A DNA stretch of 64,000 nucleotides from Planctomycetaceae bacterium (GTDB lineage: Bacteria; Planctomycetota; Planctomycetia; Pirellulales; PALSA-1355): NCBI GenBank assembly GCA_003153375.1, contig PLYM01000217.1, positions 7,558 through 71,557 on the forward strand, in the 5' to 3' direction. The number at the start of each line of letters is the position of its first letter. The first letter of the stretch is position 1. Shown one piece after another: positions 38,071 through 49,573 of the stretch. A program made the position numbers and the translations under genes. The notes under the pieces were generated by a model. That model searched no databases. It was not told the DNA's origin and saw nothing but the letters and a program-made list of their open reading frames with translations.

Positions 38071-38907
38071 ATGACTCAGTTCGCAAGCGATCCCGAGTTC
38101 AGCAAGCTGGTGGCCGGACGTTGCGATATTAACCTCGTCCACTTCATGCTCGAGGTGGCTGCCGACGCCTATCCGCAACTCGATCCGATGGAGAGCCTGG
38201 TCGAAATCGATCGGCTCGCCGTGGCCTGTTGCGATCACAACGCCTGCCGGGCCTCGCGCGATGTGCGCGAACGATTGGTGGCCATGAGCCGGCTGCTGTA
38301 TGAAGTCGAGGGCTTTCACGGCAATCGCGACGCCTATTACGAGCCGCAGAACAGCTATCTCAACGAAGTATTGCGGCGCCGCTGCGGCATCCCGATCTCG
38401 TTGGGCATCCTTTATATGTCAATCGCCGCGCGCAACGGCGTAAAAATGTTCGGCGTCAACACGCCTGGCAATTTCGTGATCGGCTGTTGCACGGGCACCG
38501 ACGTCGTGTTCGTCGATCCGTTCACCAATGGCGACGTTCTGGATCAATCCGGCTGTCGCTGCCGCATCGAGCAGAGCATGGGAAAGAAAGGCGAAATCGG
38601 CGACGAACATTTCCGTGCCGCCGCCCCGTTGGACATCGCGGCCCGCGTGTTGCGCAACCTGAAGGCGGCCCATGCCATCGAGCAGCGCTGGGACGCCGTG
38701 CTGTGCGTGCAAAAGCGGCTGGCCGCGCTGCTGCCGCACGTGCCGCAAGAGCGCCGCGACTTGGGTCTGGTCTATTTGCGGCTGGGCCAGCCGACGCAGG
38801 CGCTTCCGGTCCTGGAACAATACACGAACACCTGCGGCCACGAACAGGCGGCCGCCTTGCAGCCTTCCATTCAAGCCGCCCGCCGGATGATCGCCGAGTT
38901 GAACTGA
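38071..38907 (+). CDS. SirB1-family protein (transglutaminase-like core2 plus TPR)
   Basis: FHGNRDAYYEPQNSYLNEVL, GIPISLGILY, VDPF, RVLRNLK, ERRDLG. Confidence 0.88.
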   Translation: MTQFASDPEFSKLVAGRCDINLVHFMLEVAADAYPQLDPMESLVEIDRLAVACCDHNACRASRDVRERLVAMSRLLYEVEGFHGNRDAYYEPQNSYLNEVLRRRCGIPISLGILYMSIAARNGVKMFGVNTPGNFVIGCCTGTDVVFVDPFTNGDVLDQSGCRCRIEQSMGKKGEIGDEHFRAAAPLDIAARVLRNLKAAHAIEQRWDAVLCVQKRLAALLPHVPQERRDLGLVYLRLGQPTQALPVLEQYTNTCGHEQAAALQPSIQAARRMIAELN

Positions 38908-38989
38908 CCCGCGGCGGCGACATGGGTTTCCGTATGGCATCGTGCCTTCCGCGCGGAAGGATCCAAGCTTTGTGGTCCGGAGGCGTGCC

Positions 38990-40312
38990 ATGGCGAGCAT
39001 CGATTGGACGGCTCGCCGCGTGACGATCATGGGCCTCGGAAGTCATGGCGGCGCCTTAGGCGCGGCGCGCTATCTGGCGCGGCAGGGCGCGCGGGTCACG
39101 ATCAGCGACACCGCTCCCTCGGAGGCGCTCGGCGAATCGCTCGGGCTCTTGGCCGATGTGCCGATCGCCCGGCTGGCATTCGGTGGCCACGACGAGGCCG
39201 ACTTTCGGACCGCCGAGTTCGTGGTCGTCAACCCGGCCGTGCGGCCCGGTCATCCCTGTTTGCAAATTGCCCAGGCCAGCGGAGCGAAGCTGACCTCGGA
39301 GATCGAGCTATTTCTTCAACGCTGCCTGGTCCGCGTGGTGGGCGTGACGGGCTCGAACGGAAAATCGACCACCTGCGCCATGCTGGCCGCCATGTTTACC
39401 ACGGCGGGCCGTCGTGTTTGGCTGGGCGGCAATTTTGGCGGTTCGCTGCTCGACGATGTGGAAACGATGACGCCCGACGATTGGGTGATCCTCGAACTGA
39501 GCAGTTTTCAATTGGCCCGCTTGAGCGAGGGGACGCCGCTGCCTGCGATCGCCGTGGTCACCAACTGTGCCCCCAATCACCTGGACTGGCACGGCAGCTT
39601 CGCCGCGTATCGAATGGCTAAACAGCGCCTGATCAGTGGGCAATCGGCAGCAGGCATTGGGGTGCTCAACCAGCACGACGGCTCATTGGATGGCTGGAAC
39701 TCGGTGGCCGGCGGATCCGTGCGCGATGCCTGGCCGCTCGAGAGATTGCCGTCGTTAGCGGTGCCGGGCCAGCACAACCGACAGAATGCCGCCTGCGCGG
39801 CGGCAGCTGCCTCGGCCGCTGGAGTGAGTGACGGGGCGATCGTCACCGCGCTGGCTGAGTTTCGCGGGCTCGAGCATCGATTGCAGTTCGTGGCCGAGAT
39901 CGCTGGGCGCCACTACTACAACGATTCGAAATCGACGACGCCCGAGGCCACGCTGGCGGCATTGGCTGCCGTGGACCGGCCGGTTTGGTTGCTCGCCGGC
40001 GGGCAATCGAAAGGCGTCGCCTTCGAACCGTTGGCACGCGCGATCGTCGCGCGGGCGCAAGGTGCCGCCTTGTTTGGCGCCGCGCGACAAGAACTGCACG
40101 CCTGCCTTAAAGCATACGCGCCAAATTTCAATGCCCGCATGAGCGAGCGACTCGACAAGGCGCTGGCCTGGTGCGCGGGCCGTGCGCGCGAGGGCGACGC
40201 GATCCTGCTCTCGCCGGCGTGCGCGAGCCTTGATCAATTCCGCGACTTCACGGCGCGCGGTGAAATGTTTTGCAACCTGGTGCGCGGCCTTGCGCCGCGC
40301 GCCGCGCGTTGA
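38990..40312 (+). CDS. murD: UDP-N-acetylmuramoyl-L-alanine--D-glutamate ligase
   Basis: GVTGSNGKSTT, LELSSFQL, NHLDWH, EHRL, NDSKST, LLSPACASLDQF. Confidence 0.93.
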   Translation: MASIDWTARRVTIMGLGSHGGALGAARYLARQGARVTISDTAPSEALGESLGLLADVPIARLAFGGHDEADFRTAEFVVVNPAVRPGHPCLQIAQASGAKLTSEIELFLQRCLVRVVGVTGSNGKSTTCAMLAAMFTTAGRRVWLGGNFGGSLLDDVETMTPDDWVILELSSFQLARLSEGTPLPAIAVVTNCAPNHLDWHGSFAAYRMAKQRLISGQSAAGIGVLNQHDGSLDGWNSVAGGSVRDAWPLERLPSLAVPGQHNRQNAACAAAAASAAGVSDGAIVTALAEFRGLEHRLQFVAEIAGRHYYNDSKSTTPEATLAALAAVDRPVWLLAGGQSKGVAFEPLARAIVARAQGAALFGAARQELHACLKAYAPNFNARMSERLDKALAWCAGRAREGDAILLSPACASLDQFRDFTARGEMFCNLVRGLAPRAAR

Positions 40313-40351
40313 TGGCGCGCCGCTTTTGCCGTCCCAGAACGCGCGCAGTGC

Positions 40352-40380
40352 TTGCATCGCGCGGCAACTTGCGTTAGGAT
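40352..40380 (+). promoter_or_regulatory. Sigma70-type promoter
   Basis: TTGCAT-N17-TAGGAT. Confidence 0.6.
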
Positions 40381-40386
40381 AAGCGG

Positions 40387-40498
40387 CAGTTGCTTCCGGC
40401 TCGTTGAGTCGAAAGCAACGGACCTCGAGGTCGACGGCTGTGAGGTCTCCTTGGCGGAGACCGAAGCGGCGCTGGGAGTCGTCCCTCGAGGTTTTTTT
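40387..40498 (+). ncRNA. Candidate structured small RNA or attenuating leader
   Basis: Follows the promoter; hairpin 40389-40419, then a branched stem closed by ACCTCGAGG/CCTCGAGGT and ending in T7. Confidence 0.5.
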
Positions 40499-40542
40499 CG
40501 TCACCTCGCTAACTGCATCTCGGCACGCGTGAGACCGCTCGG

Positions 40543-40872
40543 GTGGGCAAGGTTAAAGAGCCGACCAATCCGTTCTACGTTTTGGTGGTCATTCTGGGCG
40601 TGGTGTTTCTGATCACGGCCTGCGGCTACGGCACGATGACCTATCGGGCCATCGCGCCCAACGCACCGCGCGACGGAGCTCCCCACCCTTGGATGGACTT
40701 TCTCGACCGCAACGGCATGCAATTGCTGGGCGGTGAATTGGCCGCTCTGGCCGCCGTCACTTTTGGCGCCATGTGGCTTGATCGCTATCGGTCGCTGGCG
40801 GACCAACGCCGGGAGCGAGGGTCGGGCGACCACGAATTTCGCACGGATGCCCGGGATGACGAGAGGAATTAA
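40543..40872 (+). CDS. Small two-TM membrane protein
   Basis: NPFYVLVVILGVVFLITACGYG and ELAALAAVTFGAMWLD hydrophobic helices. Confidence 0.8.
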   Translation: MGKVKEPTNPFYVLVVILGVVFLITACGYGTMTYRAIAPNAPRDGAPHPWMDFLDRNGMQLLGGELAALAAVTFGAMWLDRYRSLADQRRERGSGDHEFRTDARDDERN

Positions 40873-40965
40873 CTGGTCCGCTAGGACTGGCTACAATTCA
40901 CTCAGCGTTCAGTCCATTTCCAGATGGGATCACAGACGGAATCATTGTCGAATGGGATCATTGTC

Positions 40966-41352
40966 ATGAAAGTGAATCACTACGAGCAGGTTTCCAAGGC
41001 CCCCGTCACGATGGAGGGAGCCATCGGCTGCGAGGTTCGCTGGCTGGTTGACGAGGCCCAGGGAGCGCCTAATTTTGCCATGCGGCAATTCGAGGTCGCT
41101 CCTGGCGGCCACACTCCCAAGCACAGCCATCCCTACGAACACGAGATTTTCGTCCTCGAAGGCTCGGGCGTCGTGCTCGAAGGCGACGCGGAGCACCTCC
41201 TTTCGGCCGGCGATTTCGTGCTGGTCACGCCTGGCGAGGTCCACCAGTTTCGCAATACCGGCGCCACGCCGTTAAAATTCCTCTGCCTGGTCCCCAATTC
41301 CTCCGTCGGCCAAAAGGTGACGCCGGCCGAGTGCAGCCGGCCCGTCAGCTAG
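40966..41352 (+). CDS. Cupin domain protein
   Basis: PGGHTPKHSHPYEHEIFVLEG, GEVHQFRN. Confidence 0.92.
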   Translation: MKVNHYEQVSKAPVTMEGAIGCEVRWLVDEAQGAPNFAMRQFEVAPGGHTPKHSHPYEHEIFVLEGSGVVLEGDAEHLLSAGDFVLVTPGEVHQFRNTGATPLKFLCLVPNSSVGQKVTPAECSRPVS

Positions 41353-43365
<2,013 letters not shown>

Positions 43366-43411
43366 GACATTGAGCAAACTCCGCGAGCCAACCAGGAATT
43401 CAGGGCAGGCA

Positions 43412-44533
43412 ATGACCGAAATACCGTACGATCAGCAATTCTTCGCATCGCATGAGGCCGGCGCACGCAGCAGCGCCCGGGCCGCTATTCCCTTGGTTTT
43501 AGAGCTCGTCAAGCCACGAAGCATCTTGGACGTCGGTTGTGGCATTGGCACCTGGCTGGCCGAATTTCAGGCTGCCGGCATTACGGACTATGTGGGCGTC
43601 GACGGTGACTATGTGAACCGCGAATCGCTGGTGATCGAGCCCGAGCGTTTTGTCGCGCACGACCTGGATGAGCCGCTTGATTTGGGCCGGCGTTTTGACC
43701 TGGCCATCAGCCTCGAGGTTGCCGAACACTTGCCCGACGAATCGGCCGCTGCGTTCGTCGCCTCGCTCACGGCGCTAGCTCCGGTGGTGATGTTCTCAGC
43801 AGCCATCCCGCACCAAGGCGGCGACGGCCACGTCAACGAGCAGTGGCCCGAGTATTGGCAGGCCAAATTTGCCGAACAGAATTACGTGGTCGTCGACTGC
43901 CTCCGCGAGCTGCTTTGGCGCGACAAGGACGTGGAACCCTGGTACGCGCAGAACATGCTGCTGTTTGTCGACCGCCAGCGACTGTCGGATTATCCACGGC
44001 TGGCCGCCCATTTTGCGCAAGCCGGCGAACACCCGCGCTTGTCGATCGTGCATCCCGATCATTACCTGCGGCTGCACGAGCGCGTACTCGACGAGTTGGC
44101 CGAAGCGCGCCGCACGGCGTTGCAGGCCTCGGTCAACTTGCGTGAGTTCAATCTGCTCGCGGTTCCCGACTGGACGCAGCCCCAGGATCAGTTGGTCGAC
44201 CAATTGCGTGCGCTATTTGGCGCCGTGCTGACGCATCCGCAGGGATCACGTATCGCGCTGCTAATTCATTACGCAGGCGACCAGGCGGGCAATCTACTGG
44301 CGCTGATCGCCCGGGAGATTCTCGCCCCCGGTGGTGTACCGATTGCCGGCGGACCGGCCATCAGCGGTGTTGGCCCCACGTTCGGTCAACAGTGGAGGAT
44401 CCTGTTGCCCCTGCTGAAAGCTCGCGTTGCGATCGGCAAAGAAGACGAGCGGGCAGTCGCCGCGACCGGTGCTGAGCGTTTGCCTGTTTTGCCACTATCG
44501 GTGCTCCAGCGAAAGCAAGCCCTGCAGTTCTAA
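43412..44533 (+). CDS. Class I SAM-dependent methyltransferase with a C-terminal extension
   Basis: ILDVGCGIG, DLAISLEVAEH, FSAAIPHQGG..HVNEQW. Confidence 0.88.
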   Translation: MTEIPYDQQFFASHEAGARSSARAAIPLVLELVKPRSILDVGCGIGTWLAEFQAAGITDYVGVDGDYVNRESLVIEPERFVAHDLDEPLDLGRRFDLAISLEVAEHLPDESAAAFVASLTALAPVVMFSAAIPHQGGDGHVNEQWPEYWQAKFAEQNYVVVDCLRELLWRDKDVEPWYAQNMLLFVDRQRLSDYPRLAAHFAQAGEHPRLSIVHPDHYLRLHERVLDELAEARRTALQASVNLREFNLLAVPDWTQPQDQLVDQLRALFGAVLTHPQGSRIALLIHYAGDQAGNLLALIAREILAPGGVPIAGGPAISGVGPTFGQQWRILLPLLKARVAIGKEDERAVAATGAERLPVLPLSVLQRKQALQF

Positions 44534-44621
44534 TGGGTTACGGCGAGGGTGCGATCTGGTAATTTCTGCGGGGGATCAAGAAACTTCGAACTTTTCTGCC
44601 CCCGCTGCGTAGAATGCCGCT

Positions 44622-45002
44622 ATGCGAGGCTTGCGGTCACTTCTGGTGTTGATGAGCGTGGCGCTGGTCATTTTACCAGCCGCCCCCTGCGTGCTGTTTA
44701 GTGCCTGCCCGGCCCTGGTCCGCGCGGAGCCAACAGCCCCGATCCATTCTTGTTGTGACCGGCACAAGGCGGAACCCCCTCATGCCACCTCTGGGCCGGT
44801 TGCGCCCTGCAAAATGGCCTGCTGTCAGGCGAAGACCGTCCCGCCGCTGGTGAAGAAGACCGCGGCTCCCGACGTGTCGGCTACCGTGGCGACTCTATCG
44901 CCGCAGCCAATCCCGACTTTCGTCGCCGGCGTCGTGCTTCCAAGCGTGGCACCGCCCGCGTCTCGATCGCTGCAGATTCTCCATTGCCTGTGGCGCTGTT
45001 GA
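44622..45002 (+). CDS. Cys-rich leader-like protein (DUF2946/CutF-like architecture)
   Basis: Signal-like N-terminus, HSCCDRH and CKMACC clusters, Pro-rich linker, C-terminal LQILHCLWRC; TAGAAT 6 nt before the ATG (leaderless). Confidence 0.7.
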   Translation: MRGLRSLLVLMSVALVILPAAPCVLFSACPALVRAEPTAPIHSCCDRHKAEPPHATSGPVAPCKMACCQAKTVPPLVKKTAAPDVSATVATLSPQPIPTFVAGVVLPSVAPPASRSLQILHCLWRC

Positions 45003-45128
45003 ATGCTGCGCGCTTGCCTGTCGCAACCCTCAGGGTCGCGGCATTGCCGGCAGTCCGTTTTGGCGGACACGGTGCGCTCATTTCAGTTCCACGAAGCTAT
45101 TTCTTTTCAGGCATGAGGAGTTCATTTT

Positions 45129-45518
45129 ATGATTACGCGTCTCCAAATTTCGATCGCAGTATTACTCGTCGCCGTGGCCTCGGTTGCCGTGGCCACTGCT
45201 TGGGCGGTTGAGCCCGAGGCCAAGTCGTGTTGCCAGCAAAAGCTGGCTTGCTGCTCGGCCGACAAAGCCTGCTGCCAGGCAACCGCCAAGAACGGTTGCT
45301 GCGAGCAGGGCCTGGCTTGCTGCAAGGAAGACCGGGAGTGCTGCGCCGCGGTCCAGCGCTGCTGCGTCGAGGGCAAGAGCTGCTGCAACGAGGCTCGCGC
45401 CTGCTGCGGCCAGCCCGCGGGTGGCAAGTCGGCCGATGCCAAGTCGGCAAGTGGCAAGTCGGCCAAGAGCTGCTGCGCCAAGCCGACTTCGGAAAGCCCG
45501 GCGCCAACCCGGTCTTAA
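45129..45518 (+). CDS. Exported Cys-rich metallothionein-like protein
   Basis: RBS GAGGAG, signal peptide ending AWA, ten CC pairs mostly spaced by 5 residues. Confidence 0.8.
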   Translation: MITRLQISIAVLLVAVASVAVATAWAVEPEAKSCCQQKLACCSADKACCQATAKNGCCEQGLACCKEDRECCAAVQRCCVEGKSCCNEARACCGQPAGGKSADAKSASGKSAKSCCAKPTSESPAPTRS

Positions 45519-45617
45519 GGTCTGGTTTTGCCCCAGCGCGATGATCGCAATCGCACGGGCACGCGGTAGCCACTATGGCCGCCGCGTGCCCGATTTTTTT
45601 GCCGCGTGGTTTGGCGG

Positions 45618-46382
45618 TTAGTTCGCCGTGGCGCCACCGTCGATGACGACGACCTGGCCGGTCACGTACGACGCTTCGTCCGAAGCGAGGTAGAGAGCGG
45701 CGAAGCCGATTTCGTCGGGCATGCCGATGTGGCCGATCGGCTGCGTGGCTTCGAGCTTGGCCCGATATTTCTCGTTCTTCCAGAAAAACTCGCTGAAATC
45801 GGTCTGAATCAAGCCCGGGGCGATCGCATTGACGCGAACGCCCTTCTGGCCGAATTCGCAGGCCCAGGTGCGCGTCATCATGATCAGGCCCGCCTTGGTG
45901 AAGCTATACAGCAGCCCGCCCGGCTGGGGGCGCAAGCCGGCAATCGAGGCGATGTTGATGATCGACCCCGCCTTCTTTTCGATCATCTTGGGCACGGTCA
46001 GACGAATCAGCCGCATCGCGGCCTTGATGTTCACGTCGACCATTTTGTCGACCATATCATCGGTCACCTCGAGCGAGGGCCCCTGCCCGATGTTCGTGGC
46101 GCTGTTGTTCACCAGGATGTCGACCGGGCCCAGTTGCTTCTCGATGGCTTGCACCAGCCCTTCGAGCTGTTCCTTACGGCCCACGTGACATTCCATGGGA
46201 ACTACCTTGCCGGGGAGCGAGGCCAGTTCGTCAGCCGTGGCCTGGAGGTTTTCCATCTTGCGGCTGGCAATGACGACGCTGGCCCCCGCTTCGGCAAACT
46301 TCTTCGTGATCGCCTTGCCAATCCCTCGTCCGCCGCCGGTGATCAGAGCCACTTTGCCCTTCAGACTGATCGCTGCGCTCAT
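45618..46382 (-). CDS. SDR family oxidoreductase
   Basis: [26 protein letters not shown]. Confidence 0.94.
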   Translation of the reverse strand: MSAAISLKGKVALITGGGRGIGKAITKKFAEAGASVVIASRKMENLQATADELASLPGKVVPMECHVGRKEQLEGLVQAIEKQLGPVDILVNNSATNIGQGPSLEVTDDMVDKMVDVNIKAAMRLIRLTVPKMIEKKAGSIINIASIAGLRPQPGGLLYSFTKAGLIMMTRTWACEFGQKGVRVNAIAPGLIQTDFSEFFWKNEKYRAKLEATQPIGHIGMPDEIGFAALYLASDEASYVTGQVVVIDGGATAN

Positions 46383-46421
46383 TGCTGTCTCGCTCGCTTG
46401 AGGTAATGAAATGGAAATGGT

Positions 46422-46895
46422 TCAAGGATGTTTTTCGAACCGGCCAATACCCTGTCTGATGGACTCGGGCAAGGAGGCCTTTTGATTCTGGCGGTAGTCG
46501 TAAATCACGACGCGCTGCTGTCCCTGGGCCGCGACGTGGCGCATGGCATGACTGACGATCACCGATTCCATCTCGAACCGATCGTGTTGCACGTCGCGGA
46601 TGCGGGTGCCGATCGAAACCGTGTCGGGATAGGTCAATGCGCGGCGAAAGCGGCAATCCGTCCAGGATAGGATCGGGCCCACCCCGGTCTCGGCCTGCAC
46701 TTTCATGAAGCCCATCTCGGTGAAGCACTGCAGCCGTGCGTGTTCGAGGTAACGGAAATAGACCGTGTTGTTCACGTGGCCGTTGGCATCCATGTCGCCC
46801 CAGGCGACCATCGTCGTGACGACGACGGGATAGTCGACCAACAGCTCGGCCACGGCCGATTCCAATGCAGCACGGTCCACACGCGCGTCCCCCAT
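46422..46895 (-). CDS. Acyl-CoA thioesterase (4HBT/YbgC family)
   Basis: WGDMDANGHVNNTVYFRYLE. Confidence 0.92.
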   Translation of the reverse strand: MGDARVDRAALESAVAELLVDYPVVVTTMVAWGDMDANGHVNNTVYFRYLEHARLQCFTEMGFMKVQAETGVGPILSWTDCRFRRALTYPDTVSIGTRIRDVQHDRFEMESVIVSHAMRHVAAQGQQRVVIYDYRQNQKASLPESIRQGIGRFEKHP

Positions 46896-47167
46896 CCAAC
46901 CTACCGTCCGTTCGGTAAGCTAGCACGTCGCGGGGCGCCTGGATAGGGGCCGGGACGTGACCGGACTGTGCCCTGGGAACGGCTGTCGAAATGAGCCAGG
47001 CAGGCCGATCGTGGTGGGATTGTCGGGCTTGTGCGGGCTGTTGGGTGTCAGGGTTTTTGGCGCGGCGGAGAGTCCGAGCTAGGTTTGCCTTCAGCAGCCT
47101 GGGCCGATTTCGTGCACTGCCTTGGCCTGGGCCGCGCTTAACCAATCTCCGTTTTGGGGCAACGTGC

Positions 47168-47539
47168 ATGCGCACCGCGATCATCTGTTTGCTGCTCTTT
47201 ATCCTGCCGCCGCTGGCCGTGCTCGGCTGGCAGCGCTATGAGGAATTCCAGGCAGAAGCGAGATTGCGTCCCCAGTTGCACTGGGCCGATGAGGTCTTGT
47301 TCTTCAATGCTTCGTGGTGCGGACCCTGTCGTCACATGAAGCCCATCGTGGCCGATTTGCGTCGCCAGGGCTATCGATTGCGCGACATCGACATCGACAA
47401 GAACCATTCCCTGGCCGCGAAGTACGGCGTCCGCTCGATCCCGACCTTCGTTTTTCTCAGCGGCGGCAGTGAGGTCAGCCGGTTCTCCGGAGGTACATCG
47501 CCCGAGAACCTTCGCGAACTTTGCGCCAACTACCGCTAA
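47168..47539 (+). CDS. Membrane-anchored thioredoxin
   Basis: N-terminal hydrophobic segment, WCGPC, VRSIPT. Confidence 0.9.
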   Translation: MRTAIICLLLFILPPLAVLGWQRYEEFQAEARLRPQLHWADEVLFFNASWCGPCRHMKPIVADLRRQGYRLRDIDIDKNHSLAAKYGVRSIPTFVFLSGGSEVSRFSGGTSPENLRELCANYR

Positions 47540-47648
47540 GCCCGCCGGCGGTGCTAGCAGAGCCACTGCCCCACCGGCAACTGCTCTGGAATGTCACCGC
47601 GCGATTTGGGAGACTTCCGCTCCCATGTCTCCACAAGCTTTTCAGAAT

Positions 47649-47879
47649 ATGAGTTCAAAGCCGGGCTCTGCGTCTCGCCTCATGACCTGGGGGCTGGCGG
47701 CAGCGACCTGCGTCGGCCTGCTTGGCGCGGGCTGCCAACGCTGGAATTGGCGCGGCGATGGGTTTGGCGACAACATGGGTCGATTTGCCGAGAAGCTGCG
47801 CCCGCCGGCCGACGAACGAGGTTTCTCAGGCCTCGACTCCCGGGCTCGCGAAGTGGAGCGCGACCTGGGCGTCCGCTGA
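47649..47879 (+). CDS. Small putative lipoprotein
   Basis: Lipobox LGAGC; C-terminal AREVERDLGV. Confidence 0.65.
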   Translation: MSSKPGSASRLMTWGLAAATCVGLLGAGCQRWNWRGDGFGDNMGRFAEKLRPPADERGFSGLDSRAREVERDLGVR

Positions 47880-47956
47880 GTTTTGCTGGCAATTCGCGGT
47901 CCGCATCCCATAATGGATTCGGTAGCCGCGTATCCGCGAACTTTGGGGAGGCAACC

Positions 47957-48226
47957 ATGCAGAAGGTTGGCCAGACTTTTGCCAGCACGACCGAATTCCT
48001 CGACGGCAACGAATACTTGGACTGTACGTTCAGTGACTGCCAGATCGTTTTCGGTGGCGGCGACTTGCCGGGGATTGTCAACTGTCAGTTCAACAACTGC
48101 CGCTGGCAATTTGCCAACGCGGCCGAGCGGACGCTGAACTTCATGCGGCAGGTTTATCACGGCATGGGCGCCGGCGGCGCTGACATTGTCGAGGCCACTC
48201 TGAACGCGATTCGACAGCCCCTCTGA
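47957..48226 (+). CDS. 89-aa hypothetical protein with short beta-helix-like repeats
   Basis: RBS GGAGG; LDGNEYLDCTFSDCQIVFGG...NCQFNNCRW. Confidence 0.75.
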   Translation: MQKVGQTFASTTEFLDGNEYLDCTFSDCQIVFGGGDLPGIVNCQFNNCRWQFANAAERTLNFMRQVYHGMGAGGADIVEATLNAIRQPL

Positions 48227-48499
48227 CGATCTCGTTCGATGGCGTCGTCGGCCTCCGGATCGCACCAACTGGCGCGATTTGTCGCAATTTCCCGGGACGA
48301 TCTCCGACGGTTCCGATCGTAGGGGTTGCGCGGCGCGACGCCATCGTGACTCCCGGCCCTGTTGACTTTCGTGCGCCAGGAGTTTTTTGCACTCGATGGC
48401 AGTTTTTTGACTTACCGCAAGTAAAGCCTAGCCTTGCTGAGCGAAACGCGACGGTCTGATTGAACCTTGATGTCGCGTGGCCGATAGGCGGAGAACGGA

Positions 48500-49546
48500 A
48501 TGCAAGTCCTGATCGTTGACGATAACCCGATCGCTCTGGATTTGCTGGAGCACACCCTGAAGCGGAGCGGCTACGACGTGATCGCCACCGACAACGGTCG
48601 CGATGCGCTCGACATTCTGTGGCAGGGAAGTTGCCAATTGGTGGTTGCCGATTGGGAGATGCCCGAGATGTCGGGTATCGAGCTATGCCGCGGCATTCGC
48701 AGCTCGGGGTTCATGAATTACATCTATGTCATTCTGCTCACCACGCGGCGCGATGCCTCCGACTCGATCGAAGGCATGACCGCCGGAGCGGACGACCTGA
48801 TGCTCAAGCCGTTTCAGCCCAGCGAGCTGACGCTCCGCGTGCGCACCGGCGAGCGACTGCTGGGACTCGAGACGCGCGACCTGTTGATCTTCGTGCTGGC
48901 CAAGCTGGCCGAGTCGCGCGACAACGACTCGGGCACGCACCTGGAACGGGTACGAATGTACTCGCGCGTGATCGCCGAGCATCTGGCCCGGCAACCGAAG
49001 TTCAGCGACCAGGTCAACGCGGATTTCGTGCGGTTGATTTATCTCACCAGTCCGTTGCACGACATCGGCAAGGTGGCCGTGCCCGACTCGGTGCTGCTCA
49101 AGCCGAGCGCTTTGACGCGCGAAGAGTTCGAGCTGATGAAATCGCACACGACCCACGGCGCAGAGACGCTCGACGCCGCGCTGCACGAGTTTCCGGCCGC
49201 CCGCTACTTGCAGATGGCCCGCGACATCGCCGCCAGCCATCACGAATGGTACGACGGTTCCGGTTATCCAGCCGGCCTGTCAGGCAATGACATTCCGCTC
49301 TGCGGTCGCATCGTGGCCTTGGCCGACGTGTACGACGCGCTGACCTCGAAGCGGGTCTATAAAGACATCCTGACGCACGAGAAAGCCCGCAGCATCGTGA
49401 TCAAGGCCCGGGGCACTCATTTCGACCCCGACGTCGTCGATGCTTTTACGGCCAACGAGGATCGGTTCCTGGCCATCAAGCGGGCTCTGGCCGCCGCCGC
49501 ACCCCCGGCCAAGCAGCAGGACCATCACGAAATCGTCAACGTCTGA
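48500..49546 (+). CDS. Response regulator with HD-GYP c-di-GMP phosphodiesterase domain (RpfG family)
   Basis: Receiver (VDD, DWEMP, KPF) plus LHDIGK and HHEWYDGSGYP. Confidence 0.93.
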   Translation: MQVLIVDDNPIALDLLEHTLKRSGYDVIATDNGRDALDILWQGSCQLVVADWEMPEMSGIELCRGIRSSGFMNYIYVILLTTRRDASDSIEGMTAGADDLMLKPFQPSELTLRVRTGERLLGLETRDLLIFVLAKLAESRDNDSGTHLERVRMYSRVIAEHLARQPKFSDQVNADFVRLIYLTSPLHDIGKVAVPDSVLLKPSALTREEFELMKSHTTHGAETLDAALHEFPAARYLQMARDIAASHHEWYDGSGYPAGLSGNDIPLCGRIVALADVYDALTSKRVYKDILTHEKARSIVIKARGTHFDPDVVDAFTANEDRFLAIKRALAAAAPPAKQQDHHEIVNV

Positions 49547-49573
49547 CGGGCCACCGGACGTCCCGATCAGCCC

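Noticed and set aside
40436-40483. Hammerhead ribozyme or SRP RNA identity for the structured element
   Set aside because: The core reads CUGUGA/GAAG rather than CUGANGA/GAAA with no NUH site, and there is no GNRA-capped SRP domain IV; kept only as an unnamed RNA candidate
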